This document shows positions 8,968 to 15,305 of a stretch of 42,225 nucleotides of DNA, piece by piece. Each line of letters starts with the position of its first letter. The stretch's first letter is position 1. The notes under the pieces are model-generated. The model had not been told where the DNA came from. It was given only the letters and a program-made list of their open reading frames with translations, and made no database searches. Origin of the DNA: a virus (lineage: Duplodnaviria; Caudoviricetes); IMG/VR virus record IMGVR_UViG_3300020045_013646, positions 1 to 42,225 of that record. One strand, given 5' to 3'. The position numbers were made by a program, and so were the translations under genes.

Positions 8968-9306
8968 TCAACCTCCAGGATATAATGTTTTGGCTAATTT
9001 GATCAGTCCAATCCTCTCTTCATTAGAGGAATTTCTATAAGCCTTCCTGCTCAGAAAATCCAAAGCTTTTGCCGAGAGTAAAGAATCGTCCTCAGAGGTT
9101 GGTTCTTCTTTTTCTTTTTTATTGGACATATCAACAATAATAACCTTCTTATCCATGATCTCTGTCAAACTCATACTGGTTGTAACAGGATAAAGGACTA
9201 TACAATTTTTATTGCCTTGACGTTCTGGATTAAAGAACCAAATATCCAACATTTTATTTCCTTGAATAATCATTGTCATCAGATCTTGGCTGGTGATTAT
9301 TTTCAT
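8968..9306 (-). CDS. hypothetical protein
   Basis: Start MKIIT after GAAAGGAGAAATCAC. Confidence 0.65.
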   Translation of the reverse strand: MKIITSQDLMTMIIQGNKMLDIWFFNPERQGNKNCIVLYPVTTSMSLTEIMDKKVIIVDMSNKKEKEEPTSEDDSLLSAKALDFLSRKAYRNSSNEERIGLIKLAKTLYPGG

Positions 9307-9332
9307 AGTGATTTCTCCTTTCAAAAATAATA

Positions 9333-9410
9333 GAGAATGACCCGCGGATTCGAACCGCTTTCTTTCGTAGTTACGAACGTTTTACGTTTTTAAACTAGCC
9401 TATCACTCTC
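9333..9410 (-). ncRNA. tRNA-like RNA with non-canonical anticodon arm
   Basis: T arm GCGG-TTCGAAT-CCGC, D arm GTTT..AAAC after TA, stem TTCGT-AACT-ACGAA, closing stem GAGAGTGA/TCATTCTC. Confidence 0.65.
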
Positions 9411-9437
9411 TATTATAGTGACTGTTTTTGATGCGAT
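9410..9437 (-). promoter_or_regulatory. 28-bp motif copy 4 (heads the tRNA-like RNA)
   Basis: ATCGCATCAAAAACAGTCACTATAATAG. Confidence 0.85.
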
Positions 9438-9874
9438 TAGACTTGGGGATGAAAGTCAACGGGTGTTTGTTGAGCCATATACATTGCTTTTTTCAATTCG
9501 GGATCATCAAGTTTACAGCCACCAATTAAACTTATATTATCAATGGTCATGCTTTCTTTGATGGCATGCTTCTTCATATCATCAACAATCACCGCGGTAA
9601 GAAGAAGAAGATAATTCATGTGATCTGTTATTTTCTCTTCCCACATTGACATTGGGTAATCTTTATCTGACATACACATATCATATACCGATACCGTATG
9701 CTTAGCCATCATACCAGCAAGTGCCTGTCTGGCTGAGACGCCCTCAAGAGCTGCTGCTATCTTGAAGTTATGCAACCTATCACCAGTTGCATACTCCTTT
9801 GCCTTCTGAATTAGCACATCCTTACTTCTCTGAATCTGCATTTCAATAACTTTATTAAATTCGTCAACCTTCAT
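9437..9874 (-). CDS. all-alpha nucleotide-modification-associated / MazG-like protein
   Basis: KAKEYA..DRLHNF..MAKH..EKITDHMNYLLLL pattern. Confidence 0.55.
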   Translation of the reverse strand: MKVDEFNKVIEMQIQRSKDVLIQKAKEYATGDRLHNFKIAAALEGVSARQALAGMMAKHTVSVYDMCMSDKDYPMSMWEEKITDHMNYLLLLTAVIVDDMKKHAIKESMTIDNISLIGGCKLDDPELKKAMYMAQQTPVDFHPQV

Positions 9875-9963
9875 TTACTTGTCTCCTTCTTCTGACAATC
9901 ACATACTTCGTTCGGATCCAAATTGGCACCACACTTAGGACACGTTTTGTAATACTTTGACAT
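9871..9963 (-). CDS. 30-aa Zn-finger peptide (not in ORF track)
   Basis: MSKYYKTCPKCGANLDPNEVCDCQKKETSK, AAGGAG RBS, ATGA overlap with the next gene. Confidence 0.7.
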   Translation of the reverse strand: MSKYYKTCPKCGANLDPNEVCDCQKKETSK

Positions 9964-10007
9964 TGTGATTCTCCTTTTGTTTTTCCAAATTTTAACCCCG
10001 GGGATTT

Positions 10008-10232
10008 TTACAGAACAGGTTTAACTAGTCCTTCAACAATCTTGACACTATGTTCTGTCACACGTTCGATATAGCCTTTGTTTAGGAGCTCAGACAGCAT
10101 GAGGCCAATACCATTGAATTCTTTTCTAGGAACAATCTTGTATTTATTAGCGAGATAGTAAACTACCCCAGTAATAAGGGCCGCTTTGATTAGTGTCTTC
10201 TGGTTCTTCTTGATGGTTTCCTCGATAGTCAT
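10008..10232 (-). CDS. hypothetical protein
   Basis: Start MTIEE. Confidence 0.6.
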   Translation of the reverse strand: MTIEETIKKNQKTLIKAALITGVVYYLANKYKIVPRKEFNGIGLMLSELLNKGYIERVTEHSVKIVEGLVKPVL

Positions 10233-10246
10233 AATAGTTTCCCCTT

Positions 10247-10435
10247 TCATTTATTCACGGGCCACTCGGCTCCGCAAGTCCTACAGTGACGACTCTCATT
10301 TTGACCATATGGATGACCGTAAGTGGTACCTCCACAATGGGTACAATTTGAATTCATCAGACAACATCTAACCTCAGAATGTGTACAAATATCCTCTTTG
10401 AACTCACAAGTTGAACATTCCTTTGTTGGTGGCAT
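10247..10435 (-). CDS. Cys-rich Zn-finger protein
   Basis: CSTC, CTHC, CRTC; GAAAGGAG RBS. Confidence 0.6.
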   Translation of the reverse strand: MPPTKECSTCEFKEDICTHSEVRCCLMNSNCTHCGGTTYGHPYGQNESRHCRTCGAEWPVNK

Positions 10436-10501
10436 AATTTCTCCTTTCAAAAATAAAAGAATAAGAACTGTTAATTCTTATTCCTTTTTTCAACTAATGT
10501 T

Positions 10502-10642
10502 TCATTCCATAAATTTCATGATTTTCTCCATTATTTTTTTGCCGAACTTCACCATCACGAATAAGTATATCAGCGTAATCCCTACGCTTGCTATAATCAT
10601 TCCGATAGCTATTGCTAATGCAAACCAAATAAATTCAAACAT
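10502..10642 (-). CDS. cassette 5 cargo, 46-aa TM peptide
   Basis: MFEFIWFALAIAIGMIIASVGITLIYLFVMVKFGKKIMEKIMKFME; AGGAGG RBS. Confidence 0.75.
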   Translation of the reverse strand: MFEFIWFALAIAIGMIIASVGITLIYLFVMVKFGKKIMEKIMKFME

Positions 10643-10716
10643 TTCTTTTTCCTCCTATAATTTGTTTATTAGTTTCTATTATAGGCGTTGTATTTTATGC
10701 GAGCAAAAGGGAGAGA

Positions 10717-10962
10717 CTAAGGTTTTTCCTTAATCTCTACCATGATCCCACTTCCTACTAGTCTTTCGACATCCCAGATCAGTTTCGATTTCTGCGTCTT
10801 TTTGACGTGAACGGTATAACTTACGGTTTGATCCTCGACGTTCATGTGCAGGCCAATAACTGAATATTTAGCTGCCCATTTCTCGGCAAGGGCGTCAACC
10901 GCCCAGTGTTTACCAATTTTCACGGTCAACTCGACTGTTTCAATTTTACTAAATCCGAACAT
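10717..10962 (-). CDS. cassette 6 cargo, 81-aa soluble protein
   Basis: Start MFGFSK after AAGGAGG. Confidence 0.75.
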   Translation of the reverse strand: MFGFSKIETVELTVKIGKHWAVDALAEKWAAKYSVIGLHMNVEDQTVSYTVHVKKTQKSKLIWDVERLVGSGIMVEIKEKP

Positions 10963-11035
10963 GTTTTTGTCCTCCTTTAATATTTGGTTTCTATTATAGG
11001 AGGTGTTTTTGATGCGAGAGAAAAGAGAAAGGGGC

Positions 11036-11203
11036 TTATTTAGCCTCTTCCTCAAATGAATCATTAACCTTTCTTTCTTCTCTACTTACCTGTCCCGTGA
11101 ATGCTCTGATGATTCTGCTGATAATCCATATAGTGAACCGTATTGCTACGGGTACCACAAAGATTGCTCCCAGAACCCACCAAAAGATCTTCCATTTTGA
11201 CAT
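11036..11203 (-). CDS. cassette 7 cargo, 55-aa TM peptide
   Basis: MSKWKIFWWVLGAIFVVPVAIRFTIWII...; AAGGAGG RBS; stop in the terminator loop. Confidence 0.75.
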   Translation of the reverse strand: MSKWKIFWWVLGAIFVVPVAIRFTIWIISRIIRAFTGQVSREERKVNDSFEEEAK

Positions 11204-11281
11204 GATAATTCCTCCTTTTAATAGATATGATTCTATTATAGGGAGTGTATAACATGCGAGAGAAAAAGGGAAGGCGTGCTG

Positions 11282-11581
11282 TTAAACACGCCATTTGAGT
11301 AGCTGACTCCAAGCTTTTGTTGTAATGACATTGAGCTCTTCATGCTTCAGAATTAATATCGTTTGACCGAGTGCTGCAAGCACCAATACTACTGTATCTG
11401 GACTCACTCTGGCTTTTGGATTTTCTTTCTCCTTAGCCTTATATAGTGTTTCCAGATACTGTGATAGTATCTGTGATTTGCCGCTCTCATCCAACGGATC
11501 TAATTTTGACATCTGTTCAAGCGTTCTTGCGATTTCCGCCTCCAACTTGTTGTCCTTCTTCTTAAATAGTTTCTTAAACAT
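11282..11581 (-). CDS. cassette 8 cargo, 99 aa
   Basis: GAAAGGAG RBS; VSPDT..ILKHEELNVITTKA. Confidence 0.8.
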   Translation of the reverse strand: MFKKLFKKKDNKLEAEIARTLEQMSKLDPLDESGKSQILSQYLETLYKAKEKENPKARVSPDTVVLVLAALGQTILILKHEELNVITTKAWSQLLKWRV

Positions 11582-11685
11582 ATTTACCTTCTCCTTTCAG
11601 ATTTTTACTTCTATTATAGAGGTGGTTTATCATGCGAGCAAAAAGTAGAAGTTATATCTTTTAAATATAACTTCCGTTTAGAAAC

Positions 11686-11796
11686 TTATGATAACATTAA
11701 CCAACCGATCAATACAATCCAAAATACATAATATACTATTGCTATCCCTACAAATACTTTTATAATAGTCATCAATACCTTTTTAATACTGTCCAT
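11686..11796 (-). CDS. cassette 9 cargo, 36-aa TM peptide
   Basis: MDSIKKVLMTIIKVFVGIAIVYYVFWIVLIGWLMLS; AAGGAGG RBS. Confidence 0.7.
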   Translation of the reverse strand: MDSIKKVLMTIIKVFVGIAIVYYVFWIVLIGWLMLS

Positions 11797-11896
11797 CTTT
11801 TCCTCCTTATAACATAAGTTTCTATTATAGGAGTTGTTTATATCGCGAGCAAAAAGCAGAAGCTATATCTTTTAAATATAACTTCCTCTTTTAGAA

Positions 11897-12145
11897 TTAT
11901 CTTACGAATTCATGTTGTCTTGTCATCACACAAATTGTTCTGTACTCAGATGCTAATGAACTTTCCTCACCAAGATCATTCTCCAGCACGGTCGTGTAAA
12001 TCGCTAAATCTTTTGCCATCTGCGATAATTTTTCAATTTCCGCAAGTGCTTTATCTTTTTGATTTAACCTTACAAGTGCCTTTGCCTGTCTTGTGGTTTG
12101 TTCAATTAGTTTAACCTGATTTTCATTGAAATCTTGTTCTAACAT
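11897..12145 (-). CDS. cassette 10 cargo, 82-aa helical protein
   Basis: AGGAGG RBS, ORF track. Confidence 0.75.
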   Translation of the reverse strand: MLEQDFNENQVKLIEQTTRQAKALVRLNQKDKALAEIEKLSQMAKDLAIYTTVLENDLGEESSLASEYRTICVMTRQHEFVR

Positions 12146-12217
12146 AATTTATTCCTCCTATAATAATAGTTTCTATTATAGGCGTTGTTTTTATAGCGAA
12201 TAAAAAAGAGAAGAGAA

Positions 12218-12358
12218 TTATCCATTCTCTTCAATTTTTGAAGCTTTCCTTGTAATCAAGTTGACAATAATTTTTGCAACCACATTCATGATGTACTCGG
12301 CAACGATCATTAGGGTTAATACCCCTACGATAGTCACTGTTAACATTGTCTGTAACAT
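12218..12358 (-). CDS. cassette 11 cargo, 46-aa TM peptide
   Basis: MLQTMLTVTIVGVLTLMIVAEYIMNVVAKIIVNLITRKASKIEENG. Confidence 0.7.
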   Translation of the reverse strand: MLQTMLTVTIVGVLTLMIVAEYIMNVVAKIIVNLITRKASKIEENG

Positions 12359-12435
12359 AATTTTATCCTCCTATAATTTAATATAGCTTCTATTATAGGA
12401 GTTGTTTTTCCTGCGAGGTAAAGAGAAGAGGGGTG

Positions 12436-12702
12436 TTAACCCTCTTCATATAGTTCTTCAATAATTTCTTCGGCCTCATGTATCTGTTCTTTCCAGTCCT
12501 CTTTGCGAAACATCATCATGATTATCCTGCCAACACCGACTAGAAAAGCGAATGGTACTATGAAAGCTGCTATAATACGACATACCCATAACGGTACCTT
12601 CTCATTAAAGCGCTCCTCATAGAGCATTTTCTTTGCTAGAACTTCTGTTAACATATAAATTCCGACGATTTCACTCCAGATTCTTTTTACGATTCTCAAC
12701 AT
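12436..12702 (-). CDS. cassette 12 cargo, 88-aa membrane protein
   Basis: AGGAGG RBS; hydrophobic segment IIAAFIVPFAFLVGVG. Confidence 0.75.
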   Translation of the reverse strand: MLRIVKRIWSEIVGIYMLTEVLAKKMLYEERFNEKVPLWVCRIIAAFIVPFAFLVGVGRIIMMMFRKEDWKEQIHEAEEIIEELYEEG

Positions 12703-12776
12703 ACTTTCTTCCTCCTATAATTTTATTAGTTCTATTATAGGGACTGTATAAAGTGCGAGAAAAAAGGAAAGGTGTG

Positions 12777-12899
12777 TTAAACCTTTCCCTTCTTAGAAAT
12801 AGAATTTGCAATTTCTTTAAGATCTCTCATGATTTCTTTCCTACCAATTATCACGATTACTACTGCTAATAGAACTTCGATCCAATATAAGTCTGTCAT
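12777..12899 (-). CDS. cassette 13 cargo, 40-aa TM peptide
   Basis: MTDLYWIEVLLAVVIVIIGRKEIMRDLKEIANSISKKGKV. Confidence 0.7.
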   Translation of the reverse strand: MTDLYWIEVLLAVVIVIIGRKEIMRDLKEIANSISKKGKV

Positions 12900-12964
12900 T
12901 TTCATGTCCTCCTATAATTTTTTAATTTTTATTTCTATTATAGGAGCTGTATTTGATGCGAGGG

Positions 12965-13003
12965 AAAAAGGAAGAGGCCGTGTTATCAGCACGATCTCCT
13001 CCC
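12965..13003 (-). terminator. terminator ending the late operon after the holin
   Basis: GGGAGGAGATCGTG-CTGATAA-CACGGCCTCTTCC-TTTTT. Confidence 0.7.
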
Positions 13004-13023
13004 ATTTTGATGCTTTTTGTAAA

Positions 13024-13365
13024 TTACAGTTTAGCGTTCGGATCAACTTTAAAGGTCACGGTGGTCTTACCCGCCAGATCCGTCAGTTCACCGTTCATAC
13101 TTAGTCTATAGATATCTTTGGCCGCACTCGTTGTATCAATCATCAATGTGCCGTCCGAACTAGCGTCAGACTTCTTATAAGCCGCGGTGCTGAGCCCCAG
13201 AAGTACACCCAAGAAGATGTCGATTGCTGAGATGGTACCTACGATTTCTTCTCCGTAGGGGAGTCCCCAAATCTTAGCCAGGGCAAAATATAATGTGCCA
13301 GATGCCGGAAGAAAGTATTGAGCAATCCATTTAAGCGTTGCATAACTTTTGTCAGATAATAGCAT
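13024..13365 (-). CDS. holin (Dp-1-like)
   Basis: LKWIAQYFLPASGTLYFALAKIWGLPYGEEIVGTISAIDIFLGVLLG. Confidence 0.85.
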   Translation of the reverse strand: MLLSDKSYATLKWIAQYFLPASGTLYFALAKIWGLPYGEEIVGTISAIDIFLGVLLGLSTAAYKKSDASSDGTLMIDTTSAAKDIYRLSMNGELTDLAGKTTVTFKVDPNAKL

Positions 13366-13690
13366 GTTCGTTTACCTCCATTGCGCCTTTGTATGTTCGT
13401 ATTGGTAACTTCCTTACTTCCTGCATAATACGTTCGGCGGACCCATTCCCGTTCATTTTAGTGTATGGAACGTATAGGTAATCATTAAGGTTCTCAAACT
13501 CATCCTTACTAATCCATCCACGTTCGATATAGCACATCCCAAGATACATTATTCTATCGTGGCCAAGCCCTAGGAGCATTAATTTTGAAGTGTCCTTACA
13601 TTCCGCTCGCTTCATCATGAATGCCCAAAAACCACTCGAGGCTGCTACTGAGCCTATAACGGTGAGTATTAAATGTGTCCACTGATCCAT
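13352..13690 (-). CDS. holin-associated membrane protein
   Basis: Start MDQW; ASSGFW, LGLGHDRI, Y..MNGNG. Confidence 0.75.
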   Translation of the reverse strand: MDQWTHLILTVIGSVAASSGFWAFMMKRAECKDTSKLMLLGLGHDRIMYLGMCYIERGWISKDEFENLNDYLYVPYTKMNGNGSAERIMQEVRKLPIRTYKGAMEVNEHAII

Positions 13691-13712
13691 CTTATGTCTT
13701 CCTCCAAGTTGT

Positions 13713-15293
13713 TTAATAAAGTCTAGTCGCCTGTCCTCCAGACTGCTGACCCGAGATCTTATTAATATAATCACTTAACTTTGTTTTATTAGCTTTCATA
13801 CCAGAGTCCACAACAAATGTTGTGCTAAATCCACTCTTACCAAATTTATGACTGACTGATGTGATTTGACCGAGTAGTTTTGGCCCATTGGATGTAATGA
13901 TCCGAGCATTATCACCACACCGCAAATATGGTTTGAAGGGGCCATCAAAGGTCTCCATCGTACCAACACTACCAAGTAAGGCAGCAACCTCATTAGCATA
14001 CGTTTGGGCGTCTGCCGCAGATGTATCCTTCGCCGCTGTAATATGGAGCGTTTTATGGCGACCCATAACAAATCGGAAGTCAACATCAGCATATGCATAG
14101 AAGTCACCAGTCGTACCCTTTTGCTGGGACACGTAGGCCGCCCAGACATAACCATCGAAGGCGTCATGTGTAACATGTAACCAACCATTGCCAAGATCCT
14201 CCAGGATATTGACGACATCATTGGTTGTTAAGACATGCAGAATTTCGTAACTGGTGCCTGGACCAGATCGAAGGTTTAGTGTCCCAACTGTTACTGTACC
14301 AGTTGTAGATGTAGCCGCGCCTTCTGCCTTGACACAGACTCGTGCATATGCATCTTGATCATCACGAGCCACACTACGACTGAATACGTCGGTATTGCGA
14401 GTAAAGGTGTATTCTTCATATGGAATAAATTCCGGATCGGACTTATCGCCAAATTTGATGGTGCCCGATAAGTCTTCTTCCAATTTCCAAGATAGGGTTG
14501 TCTGTATCAGTTCTTGAATCCCTTCCAGCAAATTCATCTCCGGGGAAAATTTCATACCTCGTTCTGTAGCGGTCTCTCCAACCCAGTAGTCTGCAATTCC
14601 AGCATCCTCAAAGATTGCTACACCAATTAAGTGCAAACTCTGCTTGGAGAAAAGCGTGTTTTCGTCAAACGTCTGGTCTTTGAGCAACTTACCAATACCA
14701 TTACGTCCCTCGACAGAGGTCGTTGAGTCTGAGACGGCCATGTCGTTCTTATCAACGTAGTAGCGCCCCATAATATAATGAGCACTATCGCCTGCTCGGA
14801 AGAACAGGGTCAAAGATGTACCAGGTGTCAGGTTAGTTGTATCCTCATGTGACACAACATAGGCCGGGTTCTCAAACGAGGCGGTGAATCTCACGATTGG
14901 GTCGTCTAGAGTGAAATCTAGGGTGCCATCAATGAGATACTTTGTAAGTTCTTGTCGGACTGCCCAGACGGCGAAGCGATGACGTAACGAGTGGGTAAGA
15001 CCTGGTACGTACGGCACCACTTCACCGACCTCAGCAGCATTTCTCCACACCACAAATATGGATGAAGCAATGTATTTTAGCTTCATATAGACCACATCAA
15101 CATCATCACAGATCATATAGGCAGGATTGAACTCGCGGTTCTCCCACTCGCCCATTGGTGTTGATGCTTCAGTGGCATATATACTCCCATTTTGACCAAC
15201 AAAGATAACTTGCACTATGTTCTCAGGAGTATGTATTGCAGCTGGATTAGTGCCTGCTCCAACTAGTTGCGGGGCCTCAAATGTCAGTTGCAT
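13713..15293 (-). CDS. tail tip/hub protein with inserted SH3b domain
   Basis: MGRYYVD, ARVCV; SH3b LNLRSGPGTSY...GW...GYV. Confidence 0.75.
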   Translation of the reverse strand: MQLTFEAPQLVGAGTNPAAIHTPENIVQVIFVGQNGSIYATEASTPMGEWENREFNPAYMICDDVDVVYMKLKYIASSIFVVWRNAAEVGEVVPYVPGLTHSLRHRFAVWAVRQELTKYLIDGTLDFTLDDPIVRFTASFENPAYVVSHEDTTNLTPGTSLTLFFRAGDSAHYIMGRYYVDKNDMAVSDSTTSVEGRNGIGKLLKDQTFDENTLFSKQSLHLIGVAIFEDAGIADYWVGETATERGMKFSPEMNLLEGIQELIQTTLSWKLEEDLSGTIKFGDKSDPEFIPYEEYTFTRNTDVFSRSVARDDQDAYARVCVKAEGAATSTTGTVTVGTLNLRSGPGTSYEILHVLTTNDVVNILEDLGNGWLHVTHDAFDGYVWAAYVSQQKGTTGDFYAYADVDFRFVMGRHKTLHITAAKDTSAADAQTYANEVAALLGSVGTMETFDGPFKPYLRCGDNARIITSNGPKLLGQITSVSHKFGKSGFSTTFVVDSGMKANKTKLSDYINKISGQQSGGQATRLY

Positions 15294-15305
15294 TTTTACC
15301 TCCTC

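Larger units (their letters stand above)
10455..13002 (-). repeat. tandem array of nine promoter-ORF-terminator cassettes (motif copies 5-13)
   Basis: Motif at 10676-10703, 10991-11018, 11233-11260, 11611-11638, 11822-11849, 12173-12200, 12390-12417, 12732-12759, 12935-12962, each abutting a hairpin and T tract. Confidence 0.9.

Noticed and set aside
9333-9410. Functional canonical tRNA
   Set aside because: No 7-nt anticodon loop, irregular acceptor stem and no CCA; kept as tRNA-like ncRNA
9306-10450. Shared N-terminal peptide MKGEI(T) in several ORFs
   Set aside because: Artefact of translating the RBS sequence TGAAAGGAGAAAT; the true starts are downstream
11082-11312. 76-aa ORF from the track
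   Set aside because: It crosses a terminator and the motif; the RBS-supported gene is 11036-11203 in another frame
10455-13002. CRISPR array
   Set aside because: Repeats are degenerate, the intervening segments are 180-350 bp with RBS-ORF-terminator, and there are no cas genes
10455-13002. Classical integron attC array
   Set aside because: RYYYAAC occurs in only two junctions, no matching GTTRRRY arm was seen, there is no IntI in the window, and the cassettes carry their own promoters
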